This document shows positions 25,139 to 32,000 of a stretch of 32,000 nt of DNA, one piece after another. Positions within the stretch are counted from its first letter, which is position 1. The number at the start of each line of letters is the position of its first letter. The stretch is taken from the NCBI RefSeq assembly GCF_000940845.1, contig NZ_CP010341.1:2617167-2649166 (forward strand). Reading direction: 5' to 3'. The notes below the pieces were generated by a model. The model saw only the letters and a program-made list of their open reading frames with translations, searched no databases and was not told the DNA's origin. This DNA is from Propionibacterium freudenreichii subsp. freudenreichii. Its GTDB lineage: Bacteria > Actinomycetota > Actinomycetes > Propionibacteriales > Propionibacteriaceae. A program made the translations under genes and the position numbers.

Positions 25139-26832
25139 TCCTGCTCCTTCATTGCTCGTTGCGACAATTCCTGGGCCACCTTGCGGTAGGCGTTGGAGCC
25201 CACCGAGTTGGGGTCGTAGTTCAACACGCTCTGCCCGTAGCTGGGTGCCTCGCTGATCCGCACCGAGCGGGGGATCATCGTGTGCAGCGTCTCCTTCGGG
25301 AAATGTGCCATCACTTCCTCCGCCACCTGCGCCGAGAGGCGCGTCCTGGCGTCATACATGGTCACCAACACCGCCCACAGCTCCAGGTCGCTGTTCAACT
25401 GGCGCTTCACCAGCGAAATCGTGCGCATCAACTGCTGCACGCCTTCCAACGCGTAGTACTCCGACTGAATCGGAATGAGGATGTCACTTGCCGCGACGAG
25501 TGCATTCACGGTCAGCAGTCCCAGCGACGGCGGGCAGTCGAAGATGACGAAGTCGACGTCGTGGTCGGCCTCGTAGTCCCTGATCGCACGCGAAAGGCGC
25601 TGCTCGCGAGCCACCTTCGAGACGAGCTCCAGCTCCGCGCCTGCCAGGTCAATCGTTGCCGGAACAACCTTGAGGCCCTTCGCCTCGGGAGAGTCGACCA
25701 CCAGGTCCGCGACGGGAACCTCGTCGAGCAACAGCTCGTAGCTTCCCCTGACGCCCTCCTGGTGGGGAATGCCGAGCGCAGTGGACGCATTTCCCTGCGG
25801 GTCGACATCCACGACGAGCACATTGAGCCCGCCCTGGGCGAGTGCAACCGCCAGGTTCACCGACGTCGTGGTCTTTCCGACCCCGCCCTTCTGATTGGCA
25901 ATAACAATGCGCCGCGGTGCATCGAGGTGCGGCAGTGGAACGGTCTTCACTCGTGTTTCACGTGAAACATTCATCGTCTCCAACGAGAGCGGCTCCTCAT
26001 AGAGCGCCCGCTCCGGACGGTGCCTGGGTTCTTCGGGGGGACGCGGCGCAGGATGCCGGGCGGCCGGATTGCGTAGCGGTCGCGGAGCGGCGGGGTCATT
26101 GCTACCAGTCAAGGCCTCACCCTCCTCGGACGTTTCACGTGAAACATCCACCGCTGGATCCACGTCGTTGGTGAGTCCAACCGCGGAATCGTTCTGCTCG
26201 ACCCGGCCGCTCGCAGCTCGCGAGCCATCAGGCCGCGGGGAACTTCCAGCGCTCGAGTCCGAGTCATCGGCCATCGATGTTTCACGTGAAACATCGTGCG
26301 TCTCCTCGTCGGACGCCATTCCACTCCCCACTGCATCTCGCGAGCCCCTTGGCTCGATGTCTGAGTGATGGGCGCCCGCACTGCTCTGGCCATCACCCAC
26401 GGCGCTCAATGTTTCACGTGAAACAAGTGGGACGTCATTCCCTGGCACCACACCGATAGGCGCCGCCGGCTGGATCGACGGGGAGGAGTCCGCCGGCGTC
26501 TGGCCACTGTCTTTCCCGCTCATGCCAGCCTGCTCATCCGCGGATGTTTCACGTGAAACATTTGGCTCTCCCATGGAGCCGGGCCGGTGTGAGTCAGGGT
26601 CGCCATCACCGGCGTCGTCTTCGCCCGAAGCATCGTCATGGTCGTCACCGACGGGGCGCGTCGCACCCACTTCGAGGGTCTCGATGTCACGCCCATCAAT
26701 GGTGTGGCGGGGCACCTCGCGGTGCTCCTCCGCAGTGATCTCCAGTTCCGAGGGGTATCCCAGCGGACGCGTCGTCTTCCTGTGATCCTTCACCGGATAG
26801 CCCAGTGGTTCGCTCATCGCGATCATCTCCAT
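25135..26832 (-). CDS. parA: ParA/Soj chromosome partitioning ATPase with a long acidic N-terminal extension (start uncertain)
   Basis: The C-terminal about 265 aa are canonical ParA (deviant Walker [22 protein letters not shown]). The frame is open for 565 codons back to ATG 26832. An alternative start at ATG 25974 would give 279 aa. Confidence 0.8.
   Translation of the reverse strand: MEMIAMSEPLGYPVKDHRKTTRPLGYPSELEITAEEHREVPRHTIDGRDIETLEVGATRPVGDDHDDASGEDDAGDGDPDSHRPGSMGEPNVSRETSADEQAGMSGKDSGQTPADSSPSIQPAAPIGVVPGNDVPLVSRETLSAVGDGQSSAGAHHSDIEPRGSRDAVGSGMASDEETHDVSRETSMADDSDSSAGSSPRPDGSRAASGRVEQNDSAVGLTNDVDPAVDVSRETSEEGEALTGSNDPAAPRPLRNPAARHPAPRPPEEPRHRPERALYEEPLSLETMNVSRETRVKTVPLPHLDAPRRIVIANQKGGVGKTTTSVNLAVALAQGGLNVLVVDVDPQGNASTALGIPHQEGVRGSYELLLDEVPVADLVVDSPEAKGLKVVPATIDLAGAELELVSKVAREQRLSRAIRDYEADHDVDFVIFDCPPSLGLLTVNALVAASDILIPIQSEYYALEGVQQLMRTISLVKRQLNSDLELWAVLVTMYDARTRLSAQVAEEVMAHFPKETLHTMIPRSVRISEAPSYGQSVLNYDPNSVGSNAYRKVAQELSQRAMKEQE
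25954..25969. promoter_or_regulatory. parS site 1 (TGTTTCACGTGAAACA)
   Basis: Perfect 16-bp match to the canonical parS palindrome. It is read as VSRET in the parA frame. Confidence 0.85.
26131..26146. promoter_or_regulatory. parS site 2 (CGTTTCACGTGAAACA, 15/16)
   Basis: 15 of 16 positions match the parS palindrome. It is read as VSRET in the parA frame. Confidence 0.8.
26278..26293. promoter_or_regulatory. parS site 3 (TGTTTCACGTGAAACA)
   Basis: Perfect 16-bp parS palindrome, read as VSRET. Confidence 0.85.
26410..26425. promoter_or_regulatory. parS site 4 (TGTTTCACGTGAAACA)
   Basis: Perfect 16-bp parS palindrome, read as VSRET. Confidence 0.85.
26545..26560. promoter_or_regulatory. parS site 5 (TGTTTCACGTGAAACA)
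   Basis: Perfect 16-bp parS palindrome, read as VSRET. Confidence 0.85.
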
Positions 26833-27535
26833 CCATACTGACGACTCCGACAGCTCACTCTACTGGCCCGCGGCGACTGAACCGCTGCACAACAGATCCA
26901 CACGACAACGGACCCGTCTCACAACAATCGGTCCGCTAGGAAATCTTTCCCTGAGAAGCCCTCTGCGCCACCGGTGAAGGACGAAATCGGCTCGCGCGCA
27001 CGACTTCGGAAAGGCCGGGGGAGGTACCCCACAAAGGGCACCGCCTGCGAAATGCTCTGGGGTGGCAGGCGTGGCCTCAGCGATCACTGCGCTCCCACGC
27101 TGGCCCAGCCCTCCACGCGCGAGCGAGCGCTTCCCCCGGACACTCTGGGGGACAGCGCCATCGCCGGTGCCAACTCTCGCTGGGGATCCACGGCGAAGCG
27201 GACCCAATGGAGATCGACCTTCTGCTCGTGGAGTCCTGGCGCCATACCGACCCGCCAGTAAAGGTGCCAGACCCCCAGCCAGCGCCACCCGCAGTGCGAG
27301 CGGGTCGAAGCGTGGATGCTCCCCGAGGAGACACCCCAACACGCCTCCGAAACCCCGAGGGCACCTGCTCTGCTGACCGAATGAACCGTCCTGGCCGTGG
27401 AGGCTCCGAGGCGCGCTCTCGCGAACCGTCCCCGGACCCGGCTGCTCCCTTGCAGCCGCTCAAGTGAGCGGCCCCGACCCCCCAGCAGCTCCCCAGAGGA
27501 CCACTCACGTGAGCATCGCCCCACCCCCGCATGCT

Positions 27536-27567
27536 CTCGCTTCGCTGCACGAGTGCAGCGAAGCGAG
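27536..27567. repeat. Perfect 15-bp inverted repeat in the rsmG-parA spacer
   Basis: CTCGCTTCGCTGCAC-ga-GTGCAGCGAAGCGAG. There is no adjacent U/T tract on either strand. Confidence 0.85.
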
Positions 27568-27794
27568 CCCCGGCAGTACCGCTGTGAACCACTCGCTCGA
27601 ACTGCCCGGCCCCAGGTGGTCCCTTGACGTCCCCCGCCAATCGCCCGGGCGGCTCCAACTCCGCTGACCGTGCGAACAGACCCCACCGCACGTCTTCGGC
27701 GCACTCATCGGAGCGTCTAGGTCGGGACTACTGAACCCTCGGGGCGCCCGCGCCACGCCGCACGATCATAGGAAGGATCCCGCCGCGGCACACA

Positions 27795-27813
27795 GGTGGA
27801 CCATGCGTCCACC
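27795..27813 (-). terminator. Stem-loop just 3' of rsmG
   Basis: GGTGGAC-catgc-GTCCACC, a 7-bp stem 17 nt downstream of the rsmG stop (27830-32). Confidence 0.35.
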
Positions 27814-27829
27814 CCCGGGTACGGCAGCC

Positions 27830-28615
27830 TCAGCCGGCCTGCACGCGCAGGATGTGCGCGACGTCCACCTCGGGGGTCGCCCGCACCTGCATCACCTGGG
27901 CGCTGAGCCCGTTGCGGGCAATGATGTCGGCGCTGTCGGCGAGTTCCTCGTCAATCGACTCACCCTTGAGTGCCAGCAGCTCGCCATCGGGCAGGAACAA
28001 CGGCATCGTCCAGCCCAACAGCTTCGGCAAGCGGGCAACGGCCCGGCAGGTGACCACGTCGAAGTGCTGCTTGAGGTCCTCAGCGCGTCCACGCTCCACG
28101 AGCACCTGGCCATCGAGGCCCAGCTCGTCAACGGCCTCCTTGAGGAAGTTGAACCGCCGCAGCAAGGGCTCCAGCAGCGTCACATTCAGGTCGGGACGTG
28201 CGATGGCGATCACCAGGCCGGGCAGGCCGGCACCACTACCCACGTCGAGCACGTCAACGCCCTCGCCGATCACCTCGAGCAGCGCGGCGCAGTTCATGAT
28301 GTGCCGCGACCAGATGCGCTCGGGCTCCCGGGGCCCCAACAGCCCCCATTCAACGCCTTGTCCAACCAATATGTCGACATATCCACTCATCGACTCGAAC
28401 TGGTCACCGAACAACGCCCGGGCACCCTGCGCAGCCTGCTGTTCGCGGCCCGCGTCGTCGTCACGCGCCTGCGCCACGCGGCGTTCCCGGGAAGCGTGCA
28501 CTTCGTGCGGCGCATCGTCCGAGGGCCCGCCCGTGCGCTCCACGCGACCATCATCGCGTCGAGCAGCACCGTGCCGGGCGTCATCCATCGGGTCGTCCAT
28601 CGGCGTGTCGCTCAC
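27830..28615 (-). CDS. rsmG: 16S rRNA (guanine(527)-N(7))-methyltransferase RsmG (GidB)
   Basis: SAM-binding VLDVGSGAGLPGLVIAI, RAVA motif, and the conserved position between jag and parA. It has an about 60-aa acidic N-terminal extension and a GTG start. Confidence 0.9.
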   Translation of the reverse strand: MSDTPMDDPMDDARHGAARRDDGRVERTGGPSDDAPHEVHASRERRVAQARDDDAGREQQAAQGARALFGDQFESMSGYVDILVGQGVEWGLLGPREPERIWSRHIMNCAALLEVIGEGVDVLDVGSGAGLPGLVIAIARPDLNVTLLEPLLRRFNFLKEAVDELGLDGQVLVERGRAEDLKQHFDVVTCRAVARLPKLLGWTMPLFLPDGELLALKGESIDEELADSADIIARNGLSAQVMQVRATPEVDVAHILRVQAG

Positions 28616-28622
28616 CGTCGGC

Positions 28623-29570
28623 TCACTTGGCGGGCTGCACGATCACGCGACGTCGGGGCTCCTCGCCCTCCGACTCGCTGAACAGCCCTGCCGCCTTCAC
28701 GGCGTCGTGCACGATCTTGCGCTCGAAGGGGTTCATCGGGGCAAGCCGCACGGGCTCGCCGGTCTCGTTCACGTCGTTGATCGCGTCCTGGGCCAGCAGC
28801 TGCAGCTCCTTGCGGCGCTTCTCGCGGTGACCGGCCACATCGAGCATGAGGCGGCTGCGGTGTCCGGTGGTGGTGAGCACGGCCAGCCGGCTCAGTTCCT
28901 GCAGGGCCTCGAGCACCTCGCCGTCGCGGCCGACCAGCACCTCGGAGTCGGTGACCACCGAGACATGGGCGCGGTCGCCCTCGCTGTAGGTGTCGATATC
29001 GCCGTCCAGGTCGGCGATGTCGAGCAGTTCCTCGAGGTAGTCGGCGGCGGCGTCGGCCTCCTCGATCAGGGAATCCTCGGCGCTAGACGACGAACGCTCG
29101 CGTGCCACGGGGCCGGCGGGCTTCTCCTCGCCCTCGGTGTCGTCCTCGTCCTCGTCGTCGCTGTCATCCTCGGCATCGTCATCGGCGTCTTCGTCGGCCG
29201 ACACCGGACCACCCTCGGAGATCTCGTCCTCGACGGCCTCCTCGTCCTCGTCCTCGAGCGCGGTGACCTTGCGCGCCACCGGCGAGTCATCGGGCTGCAC
29301 CGGTCCACCCTCGGCCACCTCATCGGCGGCGGCAGCCTGATCGGCCGCAACCTCGGAGTCGACCTGCTGGGCCACCGGCGACTCGTCGGGCTGAACGGGG
29401 CCGCCCTCGGACTCCTCGTCGGCAACCGCGTCCTCGATGGCCTCCTCGCTGGCGTCCACCTGCTCGTCGGGCGCAAGGGAGTAGTCCTCGGTCGCCGTCT
29501 GATCGGCAGCCGCCTCCTGCTCCGTGGCCGTCAGCTCGTCGTCGCGCTTGATGCCCTGCTCTTCACTCAT
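28623..29570 (-). CDS. jag: Jag/KhpB-type RNA-binding protein (KH + R3H domains)
   Basis: C-terminal R3H (LAPMNPFERKIVHDAVK) preceded by a KH-like region. It sits in the conserved position after yidC. AGGAG SD. The N-terminal half is acidic with EGGPVQPD(D/E)SPVA repeats. Confidence 0.85.
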   Translation of the reverse strand: MSEEQGIKRDDELTATEQEAAADQTATEDYSLAPDEQVDASEEAIEDAVADEESEGGPVQPDESPVAQQVDSEVAADQAAAADEVAEGGPVQPDDSPVARKVTALEDEDEEAVEDEISEGGPVSADEDADDDAEDDSDDEDEDDTEGEEKPAGPVARERSSSSAEDSLIEEADAAADYLEELLDIADLDGDIDTYSEGDRAHVSVVTDSEVLVGRDGEVLEALQELSRLAVLTTTGHRSRLMLDVAGHREKRRKELQLLAQDAINDVNETGEPVRLAPMNPFERKIVHDAVKAAGLFSESEGEEPRRRVIVQPAK

Positions 29571-29621
29571 GAAAGTCTCCTAGTCGAAACATCTGAAAGC
29601 TCAATGGGGAGCGCCAGGGCG

Positions 29622-30689
29622 CTATTTCTTCTTGCGGGTGGCCCGCGTCTGACGGCTGGGCTGGCGACGCACCACGGTCTGCCGGTCGCTGTCGTCGCGA
29701 CGCACGGTGGTGCGCTGGGTCGACTGGCGGCTCACCACGGTGCGACCATTCTCATCGGTCTTCGCCTGGGCGGTCTTGTTGCTGGCGCGCGGGTGCTTGC
29801 GTCCACGGTTCTGACGGGCACGCTCGATCTCGCGCGGGTCCTTGCCCTGCTCCTTCATCCGCTCTTCCCACTCGATGTAGGCAGGGGTGCCCGGCGTCGG
29901 GTAGTTGCGGATGATCACATACTGCTGGGCCATCGTCCAGATGTTGGTGGCAAGCCAGTAGAGCAGCACGCCGATGGGCATTGCCATGCCGCCGAACAGG
30001 TACATCAGCGGGAACATATACAGCATCATCTTCTGCTGCTGGGCCATCGGGCCGGTCTGCGCGGCCGGGGGCATATTGCGCTTGAGCATGTGCAGCTGCT
30101 GCACGAACATGAGGCCGGTCATCAGGATCGCCAGTGCGAGGGCGAAGCCCTGGGTGGCGCCGAAACCACCGGTCAGGGGCCAGAAGGTGCCCGACAGCTT
30201 GGCGCCGAACAGGTCGGCGTGGCTCAGTGAGGCGGTGATCTCGGGGCTGCGCTGCAGCCAGTAGCCGTGCACATTGCGGTCGGACGCCGCGGAGCTGAGC
30301 ACCCGGAACAGTGCCCAGAAGATCGGCAGCTGGATCAGCAACGGAAGGCACGACGAGGCGGGGTTGACGCCCTCCTCGTTGTAGAGCTTCATCGTCTCCT
30401 GGCCCAGCCGCTCACGGTCGGAGCCGTACTTCTTCTGCAGCTCCTCGACCTTCGGCTGGATGGACTGCATGGCGCGCGAGGAGTTCAGCTGCTTGGCATA
30501 CAGCGGCATCATGAGCAGCCGGATGAAACAGGTGAGCAACACGATGGCCAGGGTCCAGGTGAGGCCGGAGTCCGGGTTCATGAAGAACGAGAACAGCTTG
30601 TGGAAGAGCACGATGAGTCCGCTGACCGCCCAATAGAGCGGCTGCATGATGGCAGACCCGATCTTCCCCAGGGAGTCGCCAATACCCAT
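29622..30689 (-). CDS. yidC: Membrane protein insertase YidC
   Basis: YidC/Oxa1 core (MPLYAKQLNSSRAMQ..., CLPLLIQLPIFWALF) and a basic C-terminal tail. The start is taken at ATG 30689 (MGIGDSLGKI...); GTG 30722, directly after the yidD stop, is an alternative. Confidence 0.88.
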   Translation of the reverse strand: MGIGDSLGKIGSAIMQPLYWAVSGLIVLFHKLFSFFMNPDSGLTWTLAIVLLTCFIRLLMMPLYAKQLNSSRAMQSIQPKVEELQKKYGSDRERLGQETMKLYNEEGVNPASSCLPLLIQLPIFWALFRVLSSAASDRNVHGYWLQRSPEITASLSHADLFGAKLSGTFWPLTGGFGATQGFALALAILMTGLMFVQQLHMLKRNMPPAAQTGPMAQQQKMMLYMFPLMYLFGGMAMPIGVLLYWLATNIWTMAQQYVIIRNYPTPGTPAYIEWEERMKEQGKDPREIERARQNRGRKHPRASNKTAQAKTDENGRTVVSRQSTQRTTVRRDDSDRQTVVRRQPSRQTRATRKKK

Positions 30690-30723
30690 CAACGTCAACA
30701 AACCGGCGTTCAAGTGATTCACC

Positions 30724-31074
30724 TCACAAAGCGGCGTTCCCGGTGACGGCGCTGGTGCCGGCCGCGGAACGCTGAGGGCGGCTGCCCTCGTGGTCATGGT
30801 TCTTCAGGTTGTGGTCGTGGCCGCCGACCTGCTCACCCGCGGCAATGCGGGCCTCCAGTGGCGAACCGGGAACGGGATCGACCCCGCCCATCGACCAGGG
30901 GTGGCATCGGGCCAGGCGGCGCATGATCAGCCAACTGCCCCTCACGGCCCCGTGCAGCTGCAGTGCCTCGAGACCGTAGGCGGAGCAGCTGGGGTAGTAC
31001 TTGCAGACGTCGCCGTACAGCGGCGAGATGAACTTGCGCCAGGCCTTCACGAATCCGATCAGCAGGAACTTCAT
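30724..31074 (-). CDS. yidD: Membrane protein insertion efficiency factor YidD
   Basis: ISPLYGDVCKYYPSCSAYGLEALQLHG is the hallmark YidD motif. The ATG overlaps the rnpA stop (ATGA). Confidence 0.9.
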   Translation of the reverse strand: MKFLLIGFVKAWRKFISPLYGDVCKYYPSCSAYGLEALQLHGAVRGSWLIMRRLARCHPWSMGGVDPVPGSPLEARIAAGEQVGGHDHNLKNHDHEGSRPQRSAAGTSAVTGNAAL

Positions 31075-31499
31075 CGCGCACCGCCCGAGGGGGAGGTGCC
31101 GGCTGCCGACGGCGCGGGCGTGAGCCGGGCCAACGCGCGATCCCAGGCGGAATCGAAGTCGCCGGCCAGGCGCTTCGGTTCGGTGGCCGCGGCGGGCAGC
31201 GCCCGCACGACCACCCGCAGCGCCCCGGGCAGGGGGACGTCCGCGGTGGAGGCCACCACGCGGGCGCGTGCCATGTGGCGCAGCCGACGCTTCACCCGGT
31301 TGCGGGTGACGGCGTTGCCGACCTTCTTGGACACGACAAAGCCGACCTTGGTCGATGTGGGCCCCGGGGTGTTGCCCCGCGGGGCGTGCTCGGCAAGGTC
31401 GGCGTGCACGACAAGGGTTGGCCGGCCGACCCGCACACCATGACGCACGATGCTGCGGAACTCAGCTGAGTTACGCAGGCGTGCCGCGGTCGGCAGCAC
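31071..31499 (-). CDS. rnpA: Ribonuclease P protein component
   Basis: LRNSAEFRSIVRHG... and the RNR motif VGNAVTRNRVKRRLRH. It lies immediately downstream of rpmH. Confidence 0.9.
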   Translation of the reverse strand: MLPTAARLRNSAEFRSIVRHGVRVGRPTLVVHADLAEHAPRGNTPGPTSTKVGFVVSKKVGNAVTRNRVKRRLRHMARARVVASTADVPLPGALRVVVRALPAAATEPKRLAGDFDSAWDRALARLTPAPSAAGTSPSGGAR

Positions 31500-31504
31500 G
31501 ACGC

Positions 31505-31642
31505 TCAGGCAGACAGCTCTGAGCGGCCCTTGCGACGGCGAGCGGCCAGAATGGCCCGCCCGGCGCGGCTGCTCATACGAGCGCGGAAGCCGTGGGTACG
31601 TGCCCTACGACGGTTACTGGGCTGGTAGGTGCGCTTGCTCAC
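31505..31642 (-). CDS. rpmH: 50S ribosomal protein L34
   Basis: The 45-aa product [39 protein letters not shown] is L34. GTG 31642 has AGGAG 7 nt upstream. The rest of the 144-aa track ORF is upstream non-coding DNA. Confidence 0.95.
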   Translation of the reverse strand: MSKRTYQPSNRRRARTHGFRARMSSRAGRAILAARRRKGRSELSA

Positions 31643-31756
31643 GAGAAGAGCTCCTGAATATCTGAGAGTGGCGGTTCGCATCGCCCCGAGAACCCACAAT
31701 CGTGGACCAACCCGAAAATGGGACAGGCCGGCACGGTGCGAGGACGCGAAAGCGGC

Positions 31757-31770
31757 CGCTGACGTCAGCG
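31757..31770. promoter_or_regulatory. 14-bp perfect palindrome CGCTGACGTCAGCG upstream of rpmH
   Basis: Seen directly in the sequence. It lies about 115 nt upstream of the rpmH start, in the region expected to face dnaA. The binding factor is unknown. Confidence 0.3.
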
Positions 31771-31824
31771 ACTCGGGCAAGTTTACGCTGAACAGCGCTC
31801 CGTTCCCAAAACGGCCCACTGTTT

Positions 31825-31861
31825 TGGCGCGGACCGCCCTGCGTTCTGGCGCGGACCGCCC
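31825..31861. repeat. Direct repeat TGGCGCGGACCGCCC x2 (22-bp period)
   Basis: Identical 15-mers at 31825-39 and 31847-61. Related GTGGACC motifs occur at 31701-09 and 31873-81. Confidence 0.7.
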
Positions 31862-32000
31862 GCTGGCGTGGGTGTGGACCGTCCCCGTCCCCGGGCGCAG
31901 ACGGTCCGGTCCGCCGGGCCCCACCGCCGGGCGTCGCAACGGCCCGCAATGCCACGTCTGTGCAACAGGCTCGGGAGCTGACTAGACTCGCCAGAAGGGC

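Noticed and set aside
27504-27513. CTCACGTGAG palindrome (and the TTCACGTG half-site at about 12897-12904) as additional parS sites
   Set aside because: Only the central CACGTG is shared. The GTTT/AAAC arms that define parS are absent.
27852-30230. 792-aa plus-strand ORF, and similar long ORFs (12973..14430 minus, 9451..10548 minus, 16864..18156 plus, 16952..18163 minus, 19352..21010 minus, 21920..23041 minus)
   Set aside because: They lie antisense to, or out of frame with, genes that have clear family motifs. Their products are Arg/Gly/Pro/His-rich with no domain signatures. This is the usual stop-codon-poor artefact of high-GC DNA.

Overview
High-GC (about two-thirds G+C by eye) actinobacterial chromosome segment ending next to the replication origin. 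The right half carries the conserved minus-strand block rpmH-rnpA-yidD-yidC-jag-rsmG-parA-parB, preceded by trxB-trxA-osmC. This gene order, compared with Mycobacterium Rv3907c-Rv3924c, suggests Actinomycetota, possibly Propionibacteriales (inference only). The left half holds a divergent TetR/MMPL pair, an SDR, and a four-gene BtuFCD-type ABC importer operon that I assign to a cobalamin riboswitch read directly from the sequence. It also holds an MscS channel, cca, a DHA2-type MFS pump, an Rv3909-like envelope protein, a stand-alone MviN-type pseudokinase, a histidine phosphatase and an orphan solute-binding lipoprotein. No CRISPR, transposase, phage or recognisable defence genes were found. 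The main observations: (1) five canonical parS palindromes, all in the same reading phase, inside a roughly 285-codon N-terminal extension of parA; (2) the riboswitch-controlled importer has its first gene frameshifted inside the signal peptide and ends in an uncharacterised [2Fe-2S] ferredoxin fusion; (3) a 0.5-kb non-coding gap with two copies of a nested-hairpin repeat where murJ normally precedes the pseudokinase; (4) two short-period intergenic tandem arrays (16 bp x6 and 14 bp x7); (5) a gene with an in-frame TGA; (6) an unusually long hairpin-rich rsmG-parA spacer. Many long ORFs in the track are antisense or out-of-frame artefacts of high GC and are not called.
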